Assembly: GCA_039934295.1 (NCBI GenBank)
Contig: JBDTMN010000001.1
Span: 38,091-102,090 of the forward strand
Direction: 5' to 3'
Source of the DNA: Candidatus Tayloriibacteriota bacterium
Lineage (GTDB): Bacteria; Patescibacteriota; Minisyncoccia; Phycocordibacterales; HO2-43-120
Length of the DNA stretch: 64,000 nt
Shown here: piece after piece, positions 39,782 to 49,461 of the stretch
How the letters are laid out: each line of letters begins with the position of its first letter
Numbering within the stretch: the first letter of the stretch is position 1
Notes under the pieces: model-generated
The model's input: the letters and a program-made list of their open reading frames with translations, nothing else
The model's database searches: none
What the model was told of the DNA's origin: nothing
Position numbers and translations under genes: made by a program

Positions 39782-41626
39782 AAGATTTCTCGACTTCGAA
39801 ACATCATCACCCGGGAGGCCGAAACTTTCGTTGCCCTCAATAGTAACGGGAACAATTTTATTGAAATTGAATGTGCTTTGCTTGTAATAATTAGTTGCGA
39901 GCATGAGTTGCATGACCCGACTCCAAATCTCTCCCGCACCACTCTGGCCGGAGAGTTGTTTAGTCGAAGTATTGTCGGCATTACCAACCCAGACACCAAC
40001 AATAAAGTCGGGCGTATATCCTATGACCCAGCTATCACGAAAATCATCAGAGGTACCTGTTTTGAGTGCATAGTTTTGGACGGGCAAATTCAGGTCGCTC
40101 GTGTAGCCGAATTGGTCAATGCCGAGGTAGCGGTCGCTTAAAATTTTATTGATTAGTTGAATGTAAGGCGGGTCAATGACCTCTATGGTTTTGCCCACAA
40201 ACACTTTCTGATTTAGCGTGGCGTCTTTGAATAAGTGAAGCGGAACAATGTTGCCTTCATTGCCGAAAATGGTGTAGAAATGAGTGAGCTCAATTAAGGT
40301 CATTGGAATTGTGCCGAGCGCGGTGCCTAGCTGATGCTCATCCACAATGTTTGGTTGTGAATATCCAACCCTGCGGAGAAAATCAGCAAAACGATTGACG
40401 CCAAAAAATTCCAGAGTTTTAATTGCCGGCACGTTGATGCTATTTGCTAAGGCGTAACTTGCGGTAACAATGCCGTGATATTTGCCGTCATAATTTTTAG
40501 GATAGAGAGTCCTTCCGTCGGCGGTAACGTAGCGGTATTCTTTGTCGTTAATGAGTGTATATGGTCGAAGTCCTCGAGCGAAGGCGTTTACATAAACCAA
40601 GGGCTTAATGGTCGAGGCAACTTGGCGAGATTTAAGGAGCATATTGATTTGCTGGCCAAACCTCTCTGATTTTGGGTCTGGGCTTCCAGTGAGACTCAAG
40701 ATTTCGTTATTGTGAAGGGACAGCACCACAACCCCCACATTGTGAGCATCTCGATTGTATAGCGAGGGCATATTGCTTCTCACAATTTCTCTAATTTTAT
40801 TGGAGAGTGGCTGGTCAATCGTGAGTGCGATTTTTTTTGCGTCCTCATTTTGTTTCGTAATGAACGACTCGATTTCAAAGAAGTTTGGCTGGTTTAAGAA
40901 GGTGCTTACATTCTTCCCCGCTTTTTCTGGACTCACAAAATTTTCATCGATTACCGATATACCGAGTTCTTTCGCAAGAGCTCGTGCCGTTTCAACATTG
41001 TTGCCGAGAAGGGGATTATTGAAGCTCGGGTTCCCTAAAGATGTGAGGAGTTGGAGAATTTCTTCGTCGCTCAAGTTTTCGGGGTTTTTCTCAAAGTAGC
41101 CCCGGCTTGCAGTTTGGAATCCCTGCAACTGGTTGCCGAAATAAACGGTGTTGAGATATGCAAGCAGGGTTTCGTACTTCCTGTGGAATAAATTAAATGC
41201 AAAGGCGTCCCACGCTTCAGACAATTTGTTAGGCAGGTTCCGGTCGGTTTCTTGTTCAAGCAGGAGTTTGACAAGTTGTTGATTGAGGGTGCTGGAGCCG
41301 CGCCGATTGCCTAGACCGAGTTTGCCGAAGACAGCTTCGATAATGCTCACCGGATTTAATCCGGGATGCATGTAGAAAAAGCGGTCTTCTTTTGAGAGGA
41401 GCAGACTCGCCACCCTTTCCGGGGTGCTGGTGGCGTAGAGTGCGAGATAATTTTTACTATTCGGCCTAATCGAGATTATTTCTCCATTGCGGTCAAGCAC
41501 GATTTGCGACTGCGCTTTTTGGTAAAGACTATCCAAGCTACGATTCGCCGACCACAAGCCGATGAGTATTATCGCGAGCAAACCGAGCACAATTTTCACC
41601 AACAAACGAAGCTTTTTTGACTTCAT
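39764..41626 (-). CDS. pbpC: Class A penicillin-binding protein (PBP1C-type: glycosyltransferase plus transpeptidase), convergent with the A2M gene
   Basis: GT51 motif EDRFFYMHPG. Transpeptidase motifs STIKP and KTGTS. N-terminal TM helix. It overlaps the A2M gene's 3' end by 18 nt. Confidence 0.7.
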   Translation of the reverse strand: MKSKKLRLLVKIVLGLLAIILIGLWSANRSLDSLYQKAQSQIVLDRNGEIISIRPNSKNYLALYATSTPERVASLLLSKEDRFFYMHPGLNPVSIIEAVFGKLGLGNRRGSSTLNQQLVKLLLEQETDRNLPNKLSEAWDAFAFNLFHRKYETLLAYLNTVYFGNQLQGFQTASRGYFEKNPENLSDEEILQLLTSLGNPSFNNPLLGNNVETARALAKELGISVIDENFVSPEKAGKNVSTFLNQPNFFEIESFITKQNEDAKKIALTIDQPLSNKIREIVRSNMPSLYNRDAHNVGVVVLSLHNNEILSLTGSPDPKSERFGQQINMLLKSRQVASTIKPLVYVNAFARGLRPYTLINDKEYRYVTADGRTLYPKNYDGKYHGIVTASYALANSINVPAIKTLEFFGVNRFADFLRRVGYSQPNIVDEHQLGTALGTIPMTLIELTHFYTIFGNEGNIVPLHLFKDATLNQKVFVGKTIEVIDPPYIQLINKILSDRYLGIDQFGYTSDLNLPVQNYALKTGTSDDFRDSWVIGYTPDFIVGVWVGNADNTSTKQLSGQSGAGEIWSRVMQLMLATNYYKQSTFNFNKIVPVTIEGNESFGLPGDDVSKSRNLLLNSE

Positions 41627-41821
41627 TTCAAGGAGTGTAGCATAGTTTGGAGTGCGCTATTTACCAACATAGTAAAAATGCCGAAATCGTTTCAACATTA
41701 AAAAAACAAGTTTTGTCCGAAAATGAGTTCGCGGAATTCCTTTTTAAATTTCATGTCAAATTTTGCGCACGCAAATCCCCGCCGTTTTGAGGAAACATAT
41801 AAAACGGCGGGGATTGCTCCC

Positions 41822-42319
41822 TTAATTATAGGAATAGATAGAATTTAGAATTTTCTGAACTTCCTGAAATAAAGGATTGGAAGAATCAATTTTTGTCGTA
41901 CAACTTCCGATTATCTCATCGCCGTGCGATGTTTGAAATTTATAAGTAAATTCTGAACCGTCATAAGCTGTTGGACAGATATCGGTAAAAGGCGTTTTTC
42001 GTAATGTTTTGTAATTACTATTTTCAATTAGATTCTGTAAATTTTTTACTTCACTAGCACCCAAATTACCACTCTTTTTACTACCGCTACCATCTTCTGT
42101 GGCAAATGTTCCGTCCTTACTGATTATGATTGTCGAGAAACACCCTCCGTATTGACATAAACCTCCACGGTCTTGAACAATCAGTAATTCTTTAGAGGTA
42201 TTGGAAACGAAAGGCATTTCCGTTCTGTTTTTATAGATATATACACTCCAGCCTATTACCGTCAATGCAATAGCCACAAGGAGAACTGGGACAATAAAAT
42301 CGTTTAGTGAGTTTTTCAT
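41822..42319 (-). CDS. Secreted Cys-containing hypothetical protein
   Basis: 165 aa with signal anchor. Confidence 0.4.
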   Translation of the reverse strand: MKNSLNDFIVPVLLVAIALTVIGWSVYIYKNRTEMPFVSNTSKELLIVQDRGGLCQYGGCFSTIIISKDGTFATEDGSGSKKSGNLGASEVKNLQNLIENSNYKTLRKTPFTDICPTAYDGSEFTYKFQTSHGDEIIGSCTTKIDSSNPLFQEVQKILNSIYSYN

Positions 42320-42449
42320 ATGTCTTAATTATACTACAAATAAACCGAGCACAATTTTCACCAACAAATGACGCTTTTTTGCCTTCATTTCAAGGAGTGT
42401 AGCATAGTTTTACATCAACATTTTCTAATCCCTTTGATATAATGACACA

Positions 42450-43418
42450 GTGAAAAAACTAGACCCCAAAAATCAAATTTCAGTTACTAAAGATACTATT
42501 TCGCAAATTCTGAAATCATTTGCTATTTTCGATTATACTTTTAAAACTGTGAGCGAAGGAATATCGAACACTTCTTTGATTATAGAAACACAAGATACGA
42601 AATACGTTTTGAGAATTTATGCAGTTGATAGAAAAGATGATAGCGATATTATCTTTGAAATACAGTTTCAAGATTACTTAAGAGCGCAAGGTATCCCAAT
42701 TCCTTTGATTTATCCGAATAATTTAGGCGACGAGCTTACCATTACGGAGATAGAGGGAAAACGATGGCAGAGTATTCTTTCGGAATTTATAGAAGGGGAA
42801 AGCATCACTCCACATCCTTCTCTTGAACTGATGTCGGAACTGGCTACTCTTCAAGCTAAAATGCATCTGCTAGGAATAAATTATGCCCAAACAAAAAAAC
42901 AGCCTAAGAAATTGTGGGAAGATTTACACGATGAACTAGCTGGAAAGATTCACAATCATCCTATTAGCAAGGACAAGAAAATAGTAGACTTTATCGAAAG
43001 GGTAAAATCGTATCGTTACCTACTTAGTCCTAAACTTCCGCACGGCTACAACCATTTAGATATAGATTTCGACGGAAATGTAATAACAAAAGACAATAAA
43101 ATAAATGGGATTGTTGATTTTGAAGACGTTCAATATTCCCCAGTAATTGTCTGTCTAGGTTTTACCCTTTGGAATATTTTAAATGATCAAGGATTAGAAG
43201 CTATGAGATACTATTTAAAGGAATATGAGAAATTACGTCCTCTTAACAAAGAAGAATACGAGGTTCTTCCTCACGCCATTTTTTTTCGTAACTATGCAAT
43301 AGGAATGATACGCTTGCTCTTATGGGAGGACACAACTGCAATGTCAGATTTCGAAGATATTCTTAGGTTGGAAAAGGAAATTCATAAGATTGAAATAGCA
43401 GGATTGCAACAAGTTTAA
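42450..43418 (+). CDS. Protein-kinase-fold phosphotransferase (APH/choline-kinase/homoserine-kinase II family)
   Basis: A catalytic-loop-like HLDIDFDGN (HxDxxxxN) and a DFE (DFG-like) motif are present. Start is GTG. Confidence 0.5.
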   Translation: MKKLDPKNQISVTKDTISQILKSFAIFDYTFKTVSEGISNTSLIIETQDTKYVLRIYAVDRKDDSDIIFEIQFQDYLRAQGIPIPLIYPNNLGDELTITEIEGKRWQSILSEFIEGESITPHPSLELMSELATLQAKMHLLGINYAQTKKQPKKLWEDLHDELAGKIHNHPISKDKKIVDFIERVKSYRYLLSPKLPHGYNHLDIDFDGNVITKDNKINGIVDFEDVQYSPVIVCLGFTLWNILNDQGLEAMRYYLKEYEKLRPLNKEEYEVLPHAIFFRNYAIGMIRLLLWEDTTAMSDFEDILRLEKEIHKIEIAGLQQV

Positions 43419-43423
43419 TACCT

Positions 43424-43487
43424 GCGGAGGGTGAGAGATTTGAACTCTTGAAGGAATTTCTCCCTTGCCACCTTTCTCCCGATTCAA
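43424..43487 (-). pseudogene. 3' fragment of a tRNA-Ser-like gene (variable arm, T-arm and acceptor 3' strand only)
   Basis: On the minus strand, GGGAGAAATTCCTTCAAGAGTTCAAATCTCTCACCCTCCGCA aligns to the 3' half of the adjacent tRNA-Ser. No 5' half is present. Confidence 0.35.
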
Positions 43488-43576
43488 GGCGGAGACGGCG
43501 AGATTTGAACTCGCGAAGGATTTTATTCCTTACTCGCTTTCCAAGCGAGCGCACTAGGCCACTATGCGACGTCTCC
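43488..43576 (-). tRNA. tRNA-Ser(GGA), type II with long variable arm
   Basis: Acceptor GGAGACG/CGTCTCC. Anticodon stem CTCGC/GCGAG with loop TTGGAAA. Long variable arm. T-arm GCGAG-TTCAAAT-CTCGC. Discriminator G. Confidence 0.75.
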
Positions 43577-43872
43577 GCCTTGAATCTGGATTGCGATTTA
43601 CTACTAATCACTTTGTTCTTAGGTAAATCGGGAACATTGTAGCTATTTAACCGCTCTGGCATTCCTCAGCCGTAATATAGATAAACACAAAGTCAAATTT
43701 TGCGCACTATCTCCTTACAGGAGCTGTACACTCTTCACATTTTGAAACAAAACGTTCAGAGTCTTGCGATGCTCCATGTATTCGCATCTCACACCATGCG
43801 AACCATCCTAAATACCTCAACATCCTAACAGAAATTGGCAATATGGGTAAGACGGGATAGAATGAGATAACG

Positions 43873-44433
43873 ATGATTACTTCAAAAGAGTTTGACCGAG
43901 AAATAAAAAAAATTATTAAAAAAGGCGGGGTGGGAGTGATTCCTACCGACACTCTCTATGGTCTTGTGGGAAGCGCGCTTCAAGAGGAGGCGGTGGAGAG
44001 AATTTATGCTCTCAAAAAAAGACAGAGCCGGAAACCGCTTATTGTTTTGATTTCAAGCGCGACAGAACTGAAAAAATTTGGAATTAGTGTAGACGAGAGC
44101 ACTAAAAAAATTTTAAGAACTGTTTGGCCGGGACCCACCAGTGTCATTCTTCCCGTTTTTGGAGTAAAATGGAGATACCTCGATAGGGGAGAAGGCTCGA
44201 TTGCTTTCCGAGTGCCAAACATTCCCGCCCTAAGAAAATTCTTGGCCGATGTAGGGCCGTTGGTTGCTCCCTCCGCAAACCCGGAAGCTTCGGAGCCTGC
44301 CCGCAATATTTCAGAAGCGAAAAAATATTTTGGCGACAGCGTGGATTTCTATTTCGAAGGGCGGAAGCTTTTCGGCAAAGCATCGTCTTTGATTTCAATA
44401 AAAAACGGAGCTATAAAAGTAATCCGAGCCTGA
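43873..44433 (+). CDS. tsaC: L-threonylcarbamoyladenylate synthase (YrdC/TsaC family)
   Basis: The YrdC motifs GGVGVIPTDTLYGL and KPLIVLIS are present. Confidence 0.75.
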   Translation: MITSKEFDREIKKIIKKGGVGVIPTDTLYGLVGSALQEEAVERIYALKKRQSRKPLIVLISSATELKKFGISVDESTKKILRTVWPGPTSVILPVFGVKWRYLDRGEGSIAFRVPNIPALRKFLADVGPLVAPSANPEASEPARNISEAKKYFGDSVDFYFEGRKLFGKASSLISIKNGAIKVIRA

Positions 44434-44490
44434 CCAAAGCCTGACCAAAGCCTGACCAAAGCCTGACCAAAGCCTGACCAAAGCCTGACC
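44428..44490. repeat. 11-bp microsatellite (gcctgaccaaa) x5.7, overlapping the tsaC stop codon
   Basis: Perfect tandem units. Confidence 0.85.
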
Positions 44491-44681
44491 CCAGCTGATT
44501 GAAGTCTGAATAAATTTATCCCGTTTTCTACATAAAATTGCAATAAAAATGTATCGAGGTGTATACTTTAAGCACGCTATAGCGTGGTTAAAGTATACAG
44601 GTTAATTGGTTCATTGTTTAACGCAAAGCTTAAAGTAGGGTCCTGCAGGCTTGCCTAAGGCTATCTACTACTCATCAAAAT

Positions 44682-45299
44682 ATGGTTATACATTCCGAAA
44701 AGGTGTCAGAGAGTCTCTCTGATTTGGAAGATCGAATCAGAAAAGACGTTCGACTTTCTAAAATTCAAAGTGCGGTGATTGCTTCCGTGGGAGCGGCAGC
44801 GGCTCTAGCGTTAGTGGCGCTTGCTCCAAATATTTTTCAAATTCTCAAAATTGGAAATCTTGATAAAAAAATGCGTCATAGAAAATTAACTGCTCTATCA
44901 CGCGCTCGACACAGGTTGATTGAGCAAGGGATACTCTTACAGTCTGAAACCGAAAATGGTCCGACTCTCCGTCTCTCGAAGAAAGGGGAAGCCCTCTTTG
45001 CGGCAATTGAACTGAAGAAATTTAAAATCAAGATACCGAAGAAATGGGATAAAAAATGGAGGGTTGTTATTTTTGATATTAAGGAGAAAAGAAAGGGAAC
45101 GCGAGATGAGCTTCGAAGTCTTTTACAAAAAATCGGACTTCTTCAGATTCAGAAAAGCGCATACATTTATCCTTATCCGTGCAACGAGCTTGTCGCTTTA
45201 ATAAAAGCACATTATGGTGTGGGCGAGTCACTTCTCTACATGATTGTTGAGCAGATTGAAAATGACAGAAAGTTTAAAAGATATTTCGGCATTCATTAG
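44682..45299 (+). CDS. Putative transcriptional regulator: winged HTH plus a C-terminal domain with a Cas2/PaaX-C-like signature
   Basis: N-terminal TM helix. A wHTH-like segment (LTALSRARHRLIEQGIL...RLSKKGEALF). The C-terminal WRVVIFDIKEKRKGTRDELRSLLQKIGLLQIQKSAYIY resembles the Cas2/PaaX_C signature YD(I/V)..(K/R)R...L...G.R.Q.SV(F/Y). Confidence 0.35.
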   Translation: MVIHSEKVSESLSDLEDRIRKDVRLSKIQSAVIASVGAAAALALVALAPNIFQILKIGNLDKKMRHRKLTALSRARHRLIEQGILLQSETENGPTLRLSKKGEALFAAIELKKFKIKIPKKWDKKWRVVIFDIKEKRKGTRDELRSLLQKIGLLQIQKSAYIYPYPCNELVALIKAHYGVGESLLYMIVEQIENDRKFKRYFGIH

Positions 45300-45420
45300 C
45301 AAATAGTAATTCATAATTTGACTATCACGCTAGCTTTACAGCCAACTGTTATGCAACTTTAATCACGCTATCGCGTACTTCAAGTTGCTATTGGAAGCAC
45401 AAAAAATATCTTAAAAAACG

Positions 45421-45590
45421 AAATAAATCCTTAATCTAAATCCTGTATCCTTAATCTTTAGTCCGGAGTCCATAATCCCTAATCCCTAATCCTAAATCCT
45501 AAATCCTAGATCCTATATCTTGTATCCTTAATCTTTAGTCTCCAATTCTTAATCCTACATCATCAATCGTAAATCTTGAGTCCTCATCAC
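45421..45590. repeat. Degenerate (A/T)AATCC(T) hexamer array, about 20 units
   Basis: ccctaatccctaatcctaaatcctaaatcctagatcc... in a 390-bp intergenic region. Confidence 0.6.
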
Positions 45591-45693
45591 GCGTTATCCG
45601 AGAGATACTTTTTGTCTCCGATTTGCGCTTAGGAATCAAGGATTACATTTTGTAAAAAAGGTCATTTTTGTGGATTTATGATAAACTGTAGAC

Positions 45694-46188
45694 ATGAAAA
45701 AGTTTTTATTTTCAATACTACTCATCATTGTTATCCTCTGGAGCGCGTCTTTGATTTTGAAAGAGAGCAATATTTTTTCGATGGATGCGAATGGGGAATC
45801 TCTTGAAAATCAAGTGAAAAGCTTTGCGTCAAAGCCATTCCTATTGGCAAAAATTGGCTCGACGCCCATTATTCTTCAAGAAGCTGTCACAGGGTATGAA
45901 AGGACTCTCGGTCTTTCCGGAAGAGCATCGCTCCCCAAAGACCAGGGACTCTTTTTTGTTTTTGAACATCCGGATTTTAACTATATCTGGATGAAAGATA
46001 TGAAATTTTCGATAGATATTCTTTGGCTCGATTCAAATTTCAAAATCACGGACATTGTGGAAGATGCCACACCCCAGTCTTTTCCAAACTCGTTCGCACC
46101 GAAAGAAAAATCTTACTACGTATTGGAAGTGAATTCCGGATTTGTAAGACGAAACGGAATTAAAATCGGCGACGCGCTTGAAATTTAG
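45694..46188 (+). CDS. DUF192 (COG1430) family secreted protein
   Basis: Signal peptide. The motif LGLSGR...GLFFVF...IWMKDMKFSIDILWLD...YYVLEVNSG matches the DUF192 signature. Confidence 0.65.
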   Translation: MKKFLFSILLIIVILWSASLILKESNIFSMDANGESLENQVKSFASKPFLLAKIGSTPIILQEAVTGYERTLGLSGRASLPKDQGLFFVFEHPDFNYIWMKDMKFSIDILWLDSNFKITDIVEDATPQSFPNSFAPKEKSYYVLEVNSGFVRRNGIKIGDALEI

Positions 46189-46608
46189 TAAAAGTAATTT
46201 CAAACTGAGAACATTTCCTCAAAAAGCTAAATGGAAATTTTCTTTTTTCATATTTTTTTAAAAAAATGCGCGTGATTAGCTATATTTGAGAGGATATTTT
46301 TTCGGAGCCGTGGACATTTTTTTCTTTTTATTTTTTGATGCGTAATTTGCTTGTCGCCCCATTTTTTTATTTACAATTTTAGAGTATACTGATAGAGAAC
46401 TTATCGCGGAATGATTTCTGATTTTTTTGACCAGATTTCAAGGCACGTAAGTTCATCTCTGCCGTTTTTTTAAATCAGAAAGAGATTGTTCAGTTTTTAG
46501 ACCCTCTCGTGAGGAACAGATTTTTTATGCTCGAAGTTTTCTTCACTCTTTCTTTCAAAAGTTAGATGAGATTTCGAGGCCCCAATTTAATTAGCCACAT
46601 TTAGCATT

Positions 46609-49413
46609 ATGAGCATATCAATCACAAAGCGGGACGGAACTCGCGTGTCTTTCAACGCCGACAAGATTAACCGATCTATCGAAAGGGCCTGTGCGGGGCT
46701 CTCGAATCCTGTCGGGATGGTAACCCAAATCGCCACAGAAACCCGTCTTACGCTCTATGATGGCATCAGCACCGACGAGATGGACCAGGCCACTATCAAT
46801 GCCGCAGTCCAGAACATCAAAGAAGATATTGAATACGACCGCGTGGCAACCCGCCTCCTTTTAAAAACCGTGTACCGAAAAGTAGTCGGCGACTACGACA
46901 AAGACGATTCGCTCGATTTGGAGAAAAAGCACCGCGAAAGTTTTATCGAGTATGTAAAAAACGGAGTGAAGGAAAATCGCCTTCATCCCGATATGGTAGC
47001 AAAGTATAATTTGGAGGAACTTGCCCGAGCTCTCGAGCTTGAACGCGACGAACTTTTTACCTACGCAGGGCTCGATGGTCTTTTGAACCGCTACTCGATC
47101 AAAGATGTAAAACAAAATACCATCGAAGCTCCGCAGTACCTTTTTATGCGCATCGCAATGGGGCTTTCCTACAACGAAAAAAATCCCACCGAATGGGCGA
47201 AGCGATTCTATAATAAAATGTCGAAGCTCGAATATATCGCGGGCGGTTCGACCAACGTTTGCGCCGGCACTATCCGCTCCGCGCTCTCAAATTGTTTTCT
47301 TTTGGAAATTCACGACAACATGGAGCACATCGCCAAATCTGTCTCCGATGTCATGCTCCTTTCCAAAGGTTCCGGAGGCATCGGAGCGTCGCTCACCAAG
47401 CTTCGAGCGACCGGTTCGCCTTTGAAATCAAATTTTGGCGGAGTCTCGACGGGGCCAACCCCTTTTGCAAAGGTCATCGACACCGCCATTCGGGCAATCC
47501 AGCGTGGAGGCAAGAAAAAAGGCGCTCTTTGTTTCTATATGGAGAACTGGCACTTTGATTTCCCTGAATTTATCGATTGGAAGCACAACGCAGGTGACGA
47601 TTACATGCGAATGAGGACTGCGAACACAGCAGTTTTTCTCTCCGACGAATTTATGAAGCGGGTGCGCGATGGGCACGAGTGGTACATGTTCGATCCGGCG
47701 GAGACTGCGGACCTAAACGAGCTTTACGGGAAAGCTTTCAGTCTTCGCTATCAAGAATATTGTGAAATGGCGGACGCGGGAATGCTTCGGACATATAAAA
47801 AAGTGCCAGCGGCAGAGCAATTTCGACAAATTCTAGTTGCCCTTCAGTCTACCTCTCATCCATGGCTCACCTGGAAAGACCCGATTAATGTGCGCGCTTT
47901 GAACAACAACACCGGTACTATCCACATGTCGAATCTCTGCACTGAAATCTGTTTGCCTCAAGACAAGGATAATGTGGCCGTCTGCAACCTCGCATCTTTG
48001 AACCTCTCCGCGCACGTGAATAACAAGGAAGTCAACTGGGGCAAACTTGAAGAATCAGTCCGGCTCGCGGTGCGCCAGCTCGATAACCTAATTGACATCA
48101 ACAAGCTCCCGATTCCCGAGGCGGAAAAGTCGGACAAAGAAAATAGGGCAATTGGTCTCGGAGTCATGGGATTTTCGGACGCCATCGAAAAGCTCGGCCT
48201 CTCGTACGATTCGGAGTATGCGTGGGATTTTGCAGACAGGATTTTTGAATTTATAAGCTACATGGCGATTGATGAAAGCGCGAGCTTGGCAAAAGAGCGG
48301 GGGAGCTATAAACATTTTGCGGGCTCTGGCTGGTCGCAAGGCTTAGTTCCGATTGACACGCTTTCACGACTTGAAGCGGATCGGGGAATAACTCTCTCTA
48401 TTTCGAAAGGGAGCAAGCACAAAGGATTGAACTGGGATATTCTCCGTGGAAAAGTATTGCAGGGAATGCGGAACGCGACTTTAATGGCTGTTGCTCCGAA
48501 CGCGAACATCGGACTCGTGGCGGGCACTACTCCGGGCATTGACCCTCGTTTCGCGCAGGTGTTCTCGCGCAATAAAATTTCGGGAAAATACATGGACATC
48601 AATCACAACCTAGTGAAGGACCTCAAAAACATGGGTATCTGGGAGAAGGTCAAAGACACCATCATCGAGAACCAGGGGGACATTTCAGAAATTGACGAAA
48701 TTCCGGAGCATATCAAAAATATTTACAAAACTTCATTTACCACTTCGCCTCATTCTTTTATCGAAGTTGCTTCGCGAGCCCAGAAGTGGGTGGACCAGGC
48801 TTTGTCTCGGAATATGTATCTTGCCACAAGGGATATTGAGGAAACAATGAAAATATACACGGCGGCCTGGGAGAAGGGGCTCAAGACCACCTACTACCTC
48901 CACATGAAGCCTCGCCACACTGCCGAGCAGTCGACAATCAAAGTCAATAAGACCGAAAAATTGGGCAAGAAGGGCTTTGCCGCAGTGAGGTCTCTTATTT
49001 CCATTTCTACAAAACCGGAAATCGCCCCTTTCGCGCAGCCGCTTCAGAAATCTCTACCGGTGGATTTGCCTTCTCCCGTAGTGCAATCTTCGGAGACGAA
49101 AGCGGAGTCAAAAAAAGATTCCGTTTCTAACCCTCCTCCCGCAAGCGCTCCAATCAAATCTTTTGAAATAAAGGCCACGTCCAAGGGTTTCGCGTCGCTT
49201 TCTTCTCTCGTGGTAGAGACTGTCTCGAGAGAAAGAAGTGCGGGTGACGAAAATGAGGAAAGTGTCGGGTCTTCCCCGGGGCAACATTCAAACGCATCTA
49301 CTCCTGCAGTTTCGAATCTTCCAGCTGAAAATTCTTCTCAAAATTCGGGAGAGATGCCAAAAGTTTGCCCAGTCGACCCGTCTGAACTTGCGCAATGTGA
49401 GGGATGTCAGTAG
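46609..49413 (+). CDS. nrdA: Ribonucleotide reductase class Ia alpha subunit, with ATP-cone and a long disordered C-terminal linker ending in a Cys triad
   Basis: N-terminal ATP-cone. The catalytic region is conserved (NLCTEI, PNANIG...). There is an extra low-complexity C-terminal region of about 170 aa ending in CPVDPSELAQCEGCQ. Confidence 0.9.
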   Translation: MSISITKRDGTRVSFNADKINRSIERACAGLSNPVGMVTQIATETRLTLYDGISTDEMDQATINAAVQNIKEDIEYDRVATRLLLKTVYRKVVGDYDKDDSLDLEKKHRESFIEYVKNGVKENRLHPDMVAKYNLEELARALELERDELFTYAGLDGLLNRYSIKDVKQNTIEAPQYLFMRIAMGLSYNEKNPTEWAKRFYNKMSKLEYIAGGSTNVCAGTIRSALSNCFLLEIHDNMEHIAKSVSDVMLLSKGSGGIGASLTKLRATGSPLKSNFGGVSTGPTPFAKVIDTAIRAIQRGGKKKGALCFYMENWHFDFPEFIDWKHNAGDDYMRMRTANTAVFLSDEFMKRVRDGHEWYMFDPAETADLNELYGKAFSLRYQEYCEMADAGMLRTYKKVPAAEQFRQILVALQSTSHPWLTWKDPINVRALNNNTGTIHMSNLCTEICLPQDKDNVAVCNLASLNLSAHVNNKEVNWGKLEESVRLAVRQLDNLIDINKLPIPEAEKSDKENRAIGLGVMGFSDAIEKLGLSYDSEYAWDFADRIFEFISYMAIDESASLAKERGSYKHFAGSGWSQGLVPIDTLSRLEADRGITLSISKGSKHKGLNWDILRGKVLQGMRNATLMAVAPNANIGLVAGTTPGIDPRFAQVFSRNKISGKYMDINHNLVKDLKNMGIWEKVKDTIIENQGDISEIDEIPEHIKNIYKTSFTTSPHSFIEVASRAQKWVDQALSRNMYLATRDIEETMKIYTAAWEKGLKTTYYLHMKPRHTAEQSTIKVNKTEKLGKKGFAAVRSLISISTKPEIAPFAQPLQKSLPVDLPSPVVQSSETKAESKKDSVSNPPPASAPIKSFEIKATSKGFASLSSLVVETVSRERSAGDENEESVGSSPGQHSNASTPAVSNLPAENSSQNSGEMPKVCPVDPSELAQCEGCQ

Positions 49414-49461
49414 AATTCAATTATTGTATTTAATAGAAGGAATTAACTAATTCATAAAAAT

